Of a stretch of 46,682 nt of DNA, positions 1-9,045 are shown in pieces. The translations under genes and the position numbers were made by a program. Every line of letters begins with the position of its first letter. The stretch's first letter is position 1. The DNA is taken from positions 1 to 46,682 of the forward strand of contig CAYRRQ010000002.1 of the NCBI GenBank assembly GCA_964426715.1, written 5' to 3'. The stretch comes from an uncultured Methanosarcinales archaeon. Lineage in GTDB: Archaea; Nanobdellota; Nanobdellia; Woesearchaeales; SM23-78. The notes beneath the pieces are model-generated. The model did no database searches and was not told where the DNA came from. It saw only the letters and a program-made list of their open reading frames with translations.

Positions 1-2
1 TG

Positions 3-2879
3 AAGGTTAACACGAGCCAGAGTGACGCTAATTACAGTGTTTTTGTTAATTGCACTGACCAGGCTGGGAATGTTAATAAGTCAGGGGTTCTTAATGTTGA
101 GATTGATACTAGTGCTCCTGCTATCAGTGCTGTGGTTAATGATAGCATTATGAGTAGCAGTGCCAGGGTTAACTGGACCACTGACGAGGCTGCTAATGGT
201 ACGGTTGTTTACGGTACTGGTCTTGATATGGGTGACGGCTCATCAACCCATTCTGATTTTCTTACTGACCACAATGTTTCTCTTTCTGGCCTGAGCCAGA
301 ACCAGTTTTATTATTATAATGTTACTAGCTGCGATGCCCAGGCCTTGTGCAACACTAGCGGTCCTTATAATTTTACAACAACATCGGGCCCGGACACAAC
401 AGCGCCGACTGTTAATATTAATGCTTCTTGGGATGATGTATTTACAACGAATCAGCAGCCTGTTATTAATTTTAACTTTACTGACAGCAGGAGCAGCAAG
501 GCCAATTGCACCTTGTACTTTGACACCTCTGCTGTTAACTCTACATTAAATGTTGATAATAATTCTATGACTGATGCCAAGGTTAATACCAGCCAGGCTG
601 ACAATAATTACACTGTTTTTGTCAACTGCACAGATAATGCATCTAACACTGGCAAGAGCTCTGAGATAAACATCATAATAGACGCCGGCTCTCCGAGTGT
701 TAATCCTGAGAGCCCTGATGATAATGACTGGACAAGCGATATCACGCCTGACTTTGTTTTTAACACAACTGACAGCTTCTCAGCCAGGCTTAACTGCACG
801 TTATGGGTTGATGGCAGTGTTAATGGCACTAACACGAGCACTTTGAATGATACGAGCACAACCATTACTAGCTCTGGATTAGACCAGGGCAGTCATACAT
901 GGACGATTAACTGCACTGACAACGCGACTAACACAGGGCACACAAGTGCAAGAACCCTGACTGTTGACAACACAGCGCCGAGTGTCAACCCTGAAAGCCC
1001 TGATGACAACCTCTGGACAACAGACACAACACCCGACTTTGTTTTTAACACGAGTGATAATTTGGACAACGAGCTTAACTGCACGTTATGGGTTGATGGT
1101 GCTTCTGAAGCCAATAATGCGTCTACAATTAATGATACTAGCACAACTTTCGCAGGTGTCAGCTTGTCAGAAGCCAGCCATACATGGACGATTAACTGCA
1201 CAGACAATGCGAGCAAGCAAGGCCACACCCCTGAGAGAACCTTGAACATTGACAACACAGCACCAATAGTCAAGATTAATACAAGCTTTAACAACACTGC
1301 TCTCAGCTCTGCCACGCCAACCATTAATTTTAATTTCACAGACAGTGTCAGCAGCAATTCAAACTGCACCTTATATATTAATAGCACAGCATATAATTAC
1401 ACTGCCAGTATTAGCAAGGATACTGACACAGAACTCAAAGTCAACACCAGTTTGCCAGAGGGAAGATATGATGTCTGGATTAACTGCACTGACCAGGCAG
1501 GCAAGACAGGCAGGTCTGATGTTCTTAACACAACTATTGATGCAGGCTATGTTATTACCAGTCCGCCGTCAGGGACCCAGTTCAGGCTTGAGAGCGACAC
1601 TGGCAAGAACGCCACTGAGTACGGGCAGAACGATGAAGTAAAAGTCCTGGTCGGCAAAGACTCTTCAACAGGCAACTACTCAGGCATTATCGTGTTCAAC
1701 TTCACAGCAGACATTGATGCTTCTAAGCTGGTAATTGACACCAACCGTTCTTCCAGAAAGTCCGTGGTTCATAATTCTTCTGAGCTGGGCAATGCAGTGG
1801 TCAATGTCTCATTGCTCATACCCCGGGTGCAGGATTCAGGCTCTGTATACATATGTCCCAGTGCAGAATCACTAGCCCAGGTTAACTCCAGCTGTACAGG
1901 CAAGGAGACTATTTATACTGGCCAGACTGTGAGCGGCATGACACTAAGTGAGGTAACCTATGACTCTAATAATTATTACCTGGTTGAGAATGTTACTGGC
2001 ACAGGAGGAGGCGAAGGCGATATCAAGCACTGGAATGGTACTTTCAGCACTTTAGGCGAGACTACGGGCGACTGGAACGTGAGCCTTAATGCAGACTCTG
2101 ACTGGTTCTATCCTGCAAGCCTGAACGATACAAGGCAGTTCACTCTTAATGCTGCAGGCGCCAACGACCCCCCAGCAATAGACACGGTGAGCTCTGTCTC
2201 GCCGCAGACCCCTAATGCTGAAGCCCTAAAGTATGTTGAGATTAACTTCACAGTAACAGACACTGACGGGGTGTCAAACCTGAATCATTCAAGTGCCAAA
2301 GCCAGGGTTAACAGGTCAGGAGTTACTCGCGAGGGCAACTGCTCTAACAACACTGTTGATTCTGACACAGTAGAGTATAATTGCAGTGTTCCTATGAAGC
2401 ACTATGACTCTGCAGGGGCCTGGGATATTAATGTGAGCATCAGGGATGACAATGATGCTTCTGATTACAATGCTTCGACTAATTTTACTTATAACAAGTT
2501 ATTATACATTCAGGTCAGCCCTGTTGTTTTTGGCTTCGGAGACTTTTACCCTGGAGACGGGCCTAATGAATCTGTTTCCAATCCCTTATTGATTGATAAC
2601 ATGGGCAATGTCAACCTTTCCCAAATTAATATCACTGCTTACAATCTTGTCAACTCCTCTTCTGTGCTCTGCGTTTCTAACATCACTGTGAACGTGTCTG
2701 ATGCTCCGGGCACTGCATTGCAGAACAACTCTGCTATTACCATTCCTCATGCTAATGTTAGTGTTGACCCGAGCGGGGCTGATGCTAATGAGTCCTTGTA
2801 CTTCTATATTTCCACGCCGAACATTCTTCCTCTGACTTACAAATCTTCAGCTAGCTGGGTGATTAGTACAGGTGAATAA
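3..2879 (+). CDS. Giant secreted/cell-surface glycoprotein, 5'-partial (runs off window start); tandem ~95-aa Ig-like repeats plus FN3-like domain and a ~240-aa C-terminal module
   Basis: The frame is open from nt 3, and the tracked GTG at 132 is internal. At least 5 tandem repeats of two alternating subtypes end in the motif 'NCTD(N/Q)A(S/G)(N/K)'. N-x-S/T sequons are extremely dense. Stop TAA at 2877-2879. Confidence 0.75.
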   Translation, partial: KVNTSQSDANYSVFVNCTDQAGNVNKSGVLNVEIDTSAPAISAVVNDSIMSSSARVNWTTDEAANGTVVYGTGLDMGDGSSTHSDFLTDHNVSLSGLSQNQFYYYNVTSCDAQALCNTSGPYNFTTTSGPDTTAPTVNINASWDDVFTTNQQPVINFNFTDSRSSKANCTLYFDTSAVNSTLNVDNNSMTDAKVNTSQADNNYTVFVNCTDNASNTGKSSEINIIIDAGSPSVNPESPDDNDWTSDITPDFVFNTTDSFSARLNCTLWVDGSVNGTNTSTLNDTSTTITSSGLDQGSHTWTINCTDNATNTGHTSARTLTVDNTAPSVNPESPDDNLWTTDTTPDFVFNTSDNLDNELNCTLWVDGASEANNASTINDTSTTFAGVSLSEASHTWTINCTDNASKQGHTPERTLNIDNTAPIVKINTSFNNTALSSATPTINFNFTDSVSSNSNCTLYINSTAYNYTASISKDTDTELKVNTSLPEGRYDVWINCTDQAGKTGRSDVLNTTIDAGYVITSPPSGTQFRLESDTGKNATEYGQNDEVKVLVGKDSSTGNYSGIIVFNFTADIDASKLVIDTNRSSRKSVVHNSSELGNAVVNVSLLIPRVQDSGSVYICPSAESLAQVNSSCTGKETIYTGQTVSGMTLSEVTYDSNNYYLVENVTGTGGGEGDIKHWNGTFSTLGETTGDWNVSLNADSDWFYPASLNDTRQFTLNAAGANDPPAIDTVSSVSPQTPNAEALKYVEINFTVTDTDGVSNLNHSSAKARVNRSGVTREGNCSNNTVDSDTVEYNCSVPMKHYDSAGAWDINVSIRDDNDASDYNASTNFTYNKLLYIQVSPVVFGFGDFYPGDGPNESVSNPLLIDNMGNVNLSQINITAYNLVNSSSVLCVSNITVNVSDAPGTALQNNSAITIPHANVSVDPSGADANESLYFYISTPNILPLTYKSSASWVISTGE

Positions 2880-3405
2880 AGACAGGGCTGCTTCGGACAG
2901 GGCAGAGGTTTTAAGAGAGTTAATACTCTATTTCAGGAAGAAAGGCCTGTCTAAGAAAGAATTTGCAAGTGTTGTTGAGCAAGCCTATGAAGAAGAGGTT
3001 GAGAAGCCGGCTAAGCCTGCAGAGCCTGCTGTTCCTGTATCTGTGTTTGATAATGACGTGCTGAGCCCGTTGGAGAGTATTGTCAAGTATTTTAAGGAGA
3101 ACAAAGGCCTGAGGTTGTTTGAACTAGCTCGGCTGATTAACAGGGACCAGAGGGTTGTGGGCGTGACTTATCATAATGCTGTTGACAAGCTCAAGAGAAT
3201 GCTCAGAGTTGAGGATTCGAAGTACATGATTCCTGTGTCTGTGATTGCTGACAAAAAACTCAGTGTGTTGGAAGGCATAGTGTATTATCTCAGGACTCGG
3301 CATGGCTTGTCTTATCATGATACTGCCGTACTTATCAGGAGGGATGACAGGACTGTTTGGACTGTTCATAACAGGGCTTTGAAAAAGCTTAAAAAACGTG
3401 TTTAA
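2872..3405 (+). CDS. Tandem helix-turn-helix protein (two sigma70 region4 / LuxR / HTH_10-like repeats)
   Basis: Two internal repeats: 'LSPLESIVKYFKENKGLRLFELARLINRDQRVVGVTYHNAVDKLKR' and 'LSVLEGIVYYLRTRHGLSYHDTAVLIRRDDRTVWTVHNRALKKLKK'. The GTG start overlaps the stop of the upstream gene, with GGTGA 9 nt upstream. Confidence 0.6.
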   Translation: MNKDRAASDRAEVLRELILYFRKKGLSKKEFASVVEQAYEEEVEKPAKPAEPAVPVSVFDNDVLSPLESIVKYFKENKGLRLFELARLINRDQRVVGVTYHNAVDKLKRMLRVEDSKYMIPVSVIADKKLSVLEGIVYYLRTRHGLSYHDTAVLIRRDDRTVWTVHNRALKKLKKRV

Positions 3406-3502
3406 CGGGTTAAAATGGATGATTTCGGGGTTTTTAGAGGATTTTTTGAGTATGTTAACCGAAAGCTTTATATACAAGTTATACCATAAATAAGGATATC
3501 AG

Positions 3503-3518
3503 TATACATTTATGTATA
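3503..3518. promoter_or_regulatory. Perfect palindrome TATACAT-TT-ATGTATA overlapping a TATA-like box upstream of the 3557 gene
   Basis: The 7+7 inverted repeat is read directly from the sequence. It lies between the HTH gene and the secreted-protein gene. An SD-like GAGGTG precedes the ATG at 3557. Confidence 0.25.
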
Positions 3519-3556
3519 AAAATAGTCAAAAACTATTAAACTGTGAGGTGTGAATA

Positions 3557-4408
3557 ATGGAAAAGAAAAGCCTGAGCATATTAATCTTTTTAGCAACCAT
3601 AATAGCCATAACAATACCCCTGGCAATGCTAACATCAGGAGCAGCAACAGACAACTTTGACACCAATGTAAGCGTAGGAAACACAGCACCGGTCATAAAC
3701 TGGGTTAATGACAGTGTAGGCCTATCACCTAATGAAGGCTCAACAAGAATAATCCAGATACAAATGAACGTTACAGACGACAACGGAGTAAGCGACATAA
3801 ACACATCAGACTGCTACATGAACCTGACCAAGAGCGGAGAGACCACCAGGACGTCAAATATTTGTTACTCAACCAGTAACACAAGCAACACGCAATGGAT
3901 TGAATGCAACATCACAATCTACTGGTATGAGAAGCCAGGAGAATGGGTGATAACAGCGTATGCAACAGACGATGCAGGAAGCACAGACACCAACGACACA
4001 TCAAACTTCACAATGGGCGACGCAGACTACATAGACGTCATAAACGCATCAATAACCTTTTCAGGCTCGCCAGGAGATGCCAATGTTGGACCATCAAACA
4101 TAATAATAAACAACACAGGCAACCAGAACTACACAGGCATAGACCTGACAGCACAGAACCTGACAGGAGCAAGCTCATCAGACAACATCGGAGCAAGCCA
4201 GTTCACAGTAAACATAACTGACGGTTCAGGAAACGGACAAAGCCTAAGCCACAACTCAGCAGTCTCAATAACCAGCGCAGTGCTGAACAGAGGACCAGGA
4301 GCATCAGGAGAAGAAGAACTCTTCTTCTACGTGGACATCCCATCAGGAATAGCCAACGACGAGTACTCAGCAGGCAGCAACTGGCTGATTGACCCGACAG
4401 GCAACTAA
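3557..4408 (+). CDS. Secreted glycoprotein, stand-alone paralog of the C-terminal module of the giant surface protein; TasA/camelysin-like N-terminus
   Basis: Signal peptide 'LSILIFLATIIAITIPLAMLTSGA' followed by 'ATDNFDTNVSVGNTA'. It shares these motifs with giant-protein residues encoded at ~2160-2876: 'VTD..GVS.(I/L)N.S', '(K/R)SG.TR', 'G.W.I', 'SNFT', 'PGD', 'N.GN.N', 'E.L.FY...P', 'W.I..TG'. Confidence 0.75.
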   Translation: MEKKSLSILIFLATIIAITIPLAMLTSGAATDNFDTNVSVGNTAPVINWVNDSVGLSPNEGSTRIIQIQMNVTDDNGVSDINTSDCYMNLTKSGETTRTSNICYSTSNTSNTQWIECNITIYWYEKPGEWVITAYATDDAGSTDTNDTSNFTMGDADYIDVINASITFSGSPGDANVGPSNIIINNTGNQNYTGIDLTAQNLTGASSSDNIGASQFTVNITDGSGNGQSLSHNSAVSITSAVLNRGPGASGEEELFFYVDIPSGIANDEYSAGSNWLIDPTGN

Positions 4409-4578
4409 AACTAAAAAATTTTTTATTTTTTTAATTATTATTTAATCCTTTTTTAATTCTACTTCTAATCATAATTCCCTGAACAAATAAATACTTCCCC
4501 CCCAATACCGCAGGGCTTTTTCAACACAAACCGGTATTTTCGAAAAGTTTATTAACTCCTGCACAAAGAAAATAAGTT

Positions 4579-5454
4579 ATGAGGGTGAGACTGTTAACCT
4601 GGATACTCGTATTAATAATAATCTCTGTTAGTGCGCATGCTTTTGGCATAGGATATCCCTACCTTAAGAACGACACCCTGGAGCTCTACCCGGGCCAGAA
4701 CCACCTGTTCAAAGTAGAAGTGCAGAACAAGAACGGAGAAGACGTAACAGCAGAAGTAAGTGTGAACAGCACAATAGCAAGCCTTGTAGGCAAGCCAAGG
4801 ATAGATGTTCCGCAGAACAGTTTTGACAAGTACTTCTACATAAACATCACCGCGCCCAGAGACGCAAAAATCAACCAAACCTATGAGATAAACTACGTGG
4901 TAACCCCTGTAGGAAGAGAAGAAGGGCAAATACCTCTCGCAGTAAGATACGCTAGGGGCTTCACAGTAAAGATTATTCCCAAACCAGAAGGAATAGAAGA
5001 GGAAGAGCCGCAGCCCAAAAAACAAAAAAAGATACCTGTATGGATTTACATGCCAATAATCATAATCATAATCATCATTATCCTGGTATTTATCTGGAAG
5101 AAAAGTAGCCAAATGACAGGAAGAATCACCAAGCCCAGAAAAAAACAACCTCCCATTCATATACCCATGAAAAAAGCGTCTAAGCCCAGAAAAACAGAAA
5201 AAAAAGCTGTTCCAAAAGCAGAGCACCCCTTCAAATTCAGAGAAGGCAAGACAATAAATACCCTGAGCGAACTCCACACAGCCCTGAAACACATGAGCCA
5301 GCAAGAATTCTCGCACTACGTAACCCCTAACAAGAACGACTTTGCCACATGGACCGCTCACAGCCTGAAAAACCAGGAGCTCGCCAACAAAATGTTCAAG
5401 ACCGCGTCTCAACAAGAAATAATCAGCCTGATAAAAAATGAGCTTTTCGAATAA
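4579..5454 (+). CDS. Single-pass membrane protein: signal peptide, Ig/CARDB-like ectodomain, TM helix, basic linker, conserved cytoplasmic C-terminal module
   Basis: N-terminal 'ILVLIIISVSAHA', TM 'IYMPIIIIIIIIILVFIW', C-terminal 'FKFREGKTINTLSELHTALKHMSQQEFSHYVTPNKNDFATWTAH'. The antisense 347-aa ORF is a shadow. Confidence 0.75.
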   Translation: MRVRLLTWILVLIIISVSAHAFGIGYPYLKNDTLELYPGQNHLFKVEVQNKNGEDVTAEVSVNSTIASLVGKPRIDVPQNSFDKYFYINITAPRDAKINQTYEINYVVTPVGREEGQIPLAVRYARGFTVKIIPKPEGIEEEEPQPKKQKKIPVWIYMPIIIIIIIIILVFIWKKSSQMTGRITKPRKKQPPIHIPMKKASKPRKTEKKAVPKAEHPFKFREGKTINTLSELHTALKHMSQQEFSHYVTPNKNDFATWTAHSLKNQELANKMFKTASQQEIISLIKNELFE

Positions 5455-6712
5455 GCAAATACTCCTAACAGCATTATTCGCCATAGCACTCCTATTAATC
5501 ACAACCAGCATTTTCTTTCCCACCACAACCCAGAACCTCATAACAGGATTTGCAAGCATAGCCGGCTTCAACGTAAGCATATCAATAATACACGCAGAAA
5601 TAAACATCTTAGGAGTGGCCCAGCTCGACCCGGTAATAGTGGAAGGCAGCAACATAACCCTGAGGATGCCAGTAACCTACTATGACAACATAACCATGAA
5701 CCTAACCATAGACAAGCCTGCGGGATACGAATGCGGGTACGACTGGTATATAAATGAGTCAGGAGTCCTAAAGAACATAACTGTTAACAACACAGAACTA
5801 TCATGGCTCGCAGACAAATCAATAAAAAACACCTCTTTATACTTCGACGTCTCCAATCCGACCATCACTACGCAGACCATATACACAGGGGACTCCTACT
5901 ATGAGAACACCTTCACAATCTACTCATGCTGCCCCTTAACCAATGCAAGCGCAAACATAACTGCGAACAGTGACTACGACAACTACATGCTCTACGAGAT
6001 AATAAACAACACCCTGGTAAACAAGACACAGGAATACCATCTTGAGGTAAGCAACACCACAGCCAGTTTCCACGGCTTTAACCTCTCAAACAAGACCTTC
6101 AGGCTGAAAGCAGAACCTGATGAGGAGGTAGTCCAGCAAGTAGTACAAATAGGAAGCAGCGGTGGAGGAGGAAGCGGAGGCGCCATGCCCCTAATAAACT
6201 ATTCAACAGACCAGCAGTTCATAGTAGAACCCAACTATCTCAGCATAACAACCTCAGAACAAAAAATAATAACAGAAGAAATAACGATTTACAACCTGAG
6301 AGGCGTAGACAAGGATTTTAATATAACCTACACAAACAATTTCATATACGACGTACCAAGCACCATAAGCGTACCTCACAAAGAATTCGAGGAAATACCA
6401 ATAAACAAGAACACACAAGGCCTAAACCCCGGCGTATACACAGACTATGTCTATGTAAAGACTTCCAAGCGAGAAGAAAAAGTGACTGTAAAGCTAAACA
6501 TGGAAGAACCAGAAATAATAACTGTGACAGAACAAGAAGAGGAAGAAGCAGCTGCTGAGACCCAGCAGCCAAGACCTATACAAAAGCCCAAAGAAAAAAT
6601 AACCAATCCCATCCCATCATCAGCTCTGATAATAACAGGCATAATTATCTTAATAATAAGCGTAGCAGTACTAATATATAAAAGGAGCAAAACAAAAATA
6701 ATTAGGTTTTGA
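5438..6712 (+). CDS. Membrane-anchored surface protein (N-terminal TM/signal, glycosylated ectodomain, Gly linker, Ig-like domain, acidic stalk, C-terminal TM anchor)
   Basis: The ATG overlaps the upstream gene by 17 nt. Contains the 'GSSGGGGSGG' linker and the C-terminal anchor 'ALIITGIIILIISVAVLIYKRSK'. Many N-x-S/T sequons. Confidence 0.75.
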   Translation: MSFSNKQILLTALFAIALLLITTSIFFPTTTQNLITGFASIAGFNVSISIIHAEINILGVAQLDPVIVEGSNITLRMPVTYYDNITMNLTIDKPAGYECGYDWYINESGVLKNITVNNTELSWLADKSIKNTSLYFDVSNPTITTQTIYTGDSYYENTFTIYSCCPLTNASANITANSDYDNYMLYEIINNTLVNKTQEYHLEVSNTTASFHGFNLSNKTFRLKAEPDEEVVQQVVQIGSSGGGGSGGAMPLINYSTDQQFIVEPNYLSITTSEQKIITEEITIYNLRGVDKDFNITYTNNFIYDVPSTISVPHKEFEEIPINKNTQGLNPGVYTDYVYVKTSKREEKVTVKLNMEEPEIITVTEQEEEEAAAETQQPRPIQKPKEKITNPIPSSALIITGIIILIISVAVLIYKRSKTKIIRF

Positions 6713-6756
6713 GCTCTGAAAAACAACATAACCTTTTTTTTGGAGAGGTGAAAAAA

Positions 6757-7548
6757 ATGAGGAAAACAATCTTTGTAACAGCAATAATCCTGGCCGCAAT
6801 AATCCTGGTAACAGGCTGCGCGCCCATAGCCAAGTATTATGTGTGCCCGGACGGCAGCCAGGTAGCCAGCCCTGAGCAGTGCAAGGATGCTACACGACCG
6901 GAAAGCGCGGAGGAAGAAACAGGCGGAGAAATAGAAGTAACCATAGAAGAGCCGGATGAAGAAACAGCAGAAGAAGGAACAGCAGAGCAAGAATCTGCGC
7001 CTGTTGAAAAAATCTTTTCAGAGGAAGCACAAGCCTTGTTCAGCAAAGCTGACAAAGCTCAAATCCTTAAATACACCTATGCAGAGACACCAAGCACACT
7101 GCCAGAAAACACGTACACCGTGTCAAGGCAGAGGATGAAAGTAGAGCTGGAGAACAGGTACAGGTACTCTCAGGACGAGAGTTATGACACAGTCTATCTT
7201 GACCTGGAAAGCAGAACAGCAACTGGTTACTGCGAACACAGGGACCGCGCCATGTGCCCTGAGCCCAACAAGGAATACGATGCAGAGTATGACAAATACT
7301 ACTACAAGACGCCTTTTGAATGGCTGGAAAGCATTACAAGTGCAGAGCTAACAGGCAGGTCAGAGCAGGTTAATGGCAGGACGGGCATAGAAGTAAGCTT
7401 CAGTATAAACCGCGAGCAGGGAGAAATGCTGGTTGACAGCTTCTACGGCGTGCCCCTGGAAATGGATTACCAGGATGTCAAGTACGAGTTCAGAAACATA
7501 GAAGTCAACATTGCCAAGCAAGAAGACCTGACTCACACAGAAGTATAA
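6757..7548 (+). CDS. Lipobox-type lipoprotein-like secreted protein with acidic linker
   Basis: The ATG at 6757 is preceded by GGAGAGGTGA. The sequence 'MRKTIFVTAIILAAIILVTGC' has a lipobox-like VTGC. An E-rich linker is followed by a globular domain. The tracked TTG at 6709 is rejected. Confidence 0.7.
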   Translation: MRKTIFVTAIILAAIILVTGCAPIAKYYVCPDGSQVASPEQCKDATRPESAEEETGGEIEVTIEEPDEETAEEGTAEQESAPVEKIFSEEAQALFSKADKAQILKYTYAETPSTLPENTYTVSRQRMKVELENRYRYSQDESYDTVYLDLESRTATGYCEHRDRAMCPEPNKEYDAEYDKYYYKTPFEWLESITSAELTGRSEQVNGRTGIEVSFSINREQGEMLVDSFYGVPLEMDYQDVKYEFRNIEVNIAKQEDLTHTEV

Positions 7549-7650
7549 GCGCAAAAAAATATTTATTTTTTCTTCTTTGATTATTTATTATTTGAAAAAC
7601 CCATCCAGATAGCAAAATTTAAAAGATACAAAGCATAAAAAAGGGGGTGT

Positions 7651-8646
7651 ATGGGTTTTTTACAATCGATATTAGGAAAAAACAAGCATAAGAACTGTTA
7701 TTCTGAGCTCGCAGCGCATAAAGTAAAGGATATTATGACCCGCGACGTGCTATGCATTCACAGAGAGGATAATCTGGTAGACGCTGCTCATACTATGATA
7801 GGCGCTCACGTCTCCTGCCTGGTGGTGCTGGATGAGTACAAGCCAATAGGCATAATCACAGAGCGGGATTTTATTAAGAAGATGAGCATGACAGAGGACA
7901 GCTCAGAAGAAATGATAGTTAAAGATATCATGACCAGGAAGCTGTTCACAATAGAGCCTGACCTGGACTTGTTCAAAGCCCAGGAGATAATGAGAAATCA
8001 TAATTTCCGGAAATTAGTGATAGTGGAGAAGGACGAGATTAAGGGCATTATCACCCAGACCGACCTTTGCCGTGCAGTAGCAGGGATGAAAACCATGTGC
8101 CCCCAACCCCACAAAGCAAAGGATGCCATGACCAAGAAAGTACTCCAGGTCTCAGAAGACGACAAGTTCTCAAAAGCCAAGAAATCCATGTCCTCAAAGA
8201 ACATAGGCTCAGTAGTGGTAACTGAAAAAAAGGAGATAAAAGGCATATTCACAGAATTCGACATAGTAAGCGGCTTTTTTCTCAATCCCAACAAGCTAAG
8301 AAAATCTTATATGAGAGAGTTGATGAGCAAGCCAGTCATATGCATAAGCCCTGACTTTAACCTGTTTGAGGTTAATGAGCTAATGCTCAAGCATAATTTC
8401 AGGCGGCTCCCAGTAATAGACAAGGGCAACCTTGCAGGCATAATCACCCAGACAGACATAGCCAGGCACCTCTACAAGTTCATACAAGAGAACAAGGATG
8501 AGCACGAGGTTAAGAACAAGGTTTCAGCAGATTATGAAATCCATAAGAAAGGCGGCATGATACTTTACAAGAAGAAGCATCAAGAAGAGCGTGATAAAAA
8601 ACAGAGAAATAATACCATTAAGAAAACGCTAAAAAAGAAATTATAG
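7651..8646 (+). CDS. CBS-domain protein (four CBS repeats, two Bateman modules) with basic C-terminal tail
   Basis: Four repeats of the CBS pattern, e.g. 'IMTRDVLCIHREDNLVDAAHTM...GIITERDFIKK' and 'GIITQTDLCRA'. SD GGGGGTG lies upstream of the ATG. Confidence 0.85.
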   Translation: MGFLQSILGKNKHKNCYSELAAHKVKDIMTRDVLCIHREDNLVDAAHTMIGAHVSCLVVLDEYKPIGIITERDFIKKMSMTEDSSEEMIVKDIMTRKLFTIEPDLDLFKAQEIMRNHNFRKLVIVEKDEIKGIITQTDLCRAVAGMKTMCPQPHKAKDAMTKKVLQVSEDDKFSKAKKSMSSKNIGSVVVTEKKEIKGIFTEFDIVSGFFLNPNKLRKSYMRELMSKPVICISPDFNLFEVNELMLKHNFRRLPVIDKGNLAGIITQTDIARHLYKFIQENKDEHEVKNKVSADYEIHKKGGMILYKKKHQEERDKKQRNNTIKKTLKKKL

Positions 8647-8648
8647 AA

Positions 8649-8948
8649 CTATTTGTTCTGAGCATCAAACTTCTCCTTTGCCTTTGATTCCTTCCAGTAA
8701 ACAGAGTGGCTTGCTCGCTTCTCGAACAAGGCAATGGCTGCTCTCACAACATCTGTCTGGTAATCTTTAAGAGTCTTGTCCTTGAAAATCTTCTTAGCAT
8801 CATCAATGCACTCTTTCAGCAGAAGGATATTCTCTTTTCTGCAAGTCTCCTCTTGTTCTCGCTCTTCTTGTTCTGATAAGTAAACCTCTATCCACCTGGG
8901 ATAAACACTCTTGTCCGTTGTCTTGGCAAAGGACTTGCTGAAAACCAT
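8649..8948 (-). CDS. Hypothetical small protein downstream of the HerA-like ATPase
   Basis: ORF with an ATG at 8948 (the tracked start at 8954 is TTG). No recognisable motif. Confidence 0.45.
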   Translation of the reverse strand: MVFSKSFAKTTDKSVYPRWIEVYLSEQEEREQEETCRKENILLLKECIDDAKKIFKDKTLKDYQTDVVRAAIALFEKRASHSVYWKESKAKEKFDAQNK

Positions 8949-9045
8949 GAGCAAAAAGAAAGACAGGGTATTATATAAATCTTATTAATAAACAACCGGA
9001 AAAACATTTATTAGAACCGGAAAGTTTAGTTTAGGCTGTTTAGGC

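Noticed and set aside
4612-5655. 347-aa minus-strand ORF
   Set aside because: It is fully antisense to two plus-strand genes that have signal peptides and TM helices. Its composition is low-complexity (runs of F/L/Y and 'DNDDYDYDY' opposite the poly-Ile helix). This is a shadow ORF.
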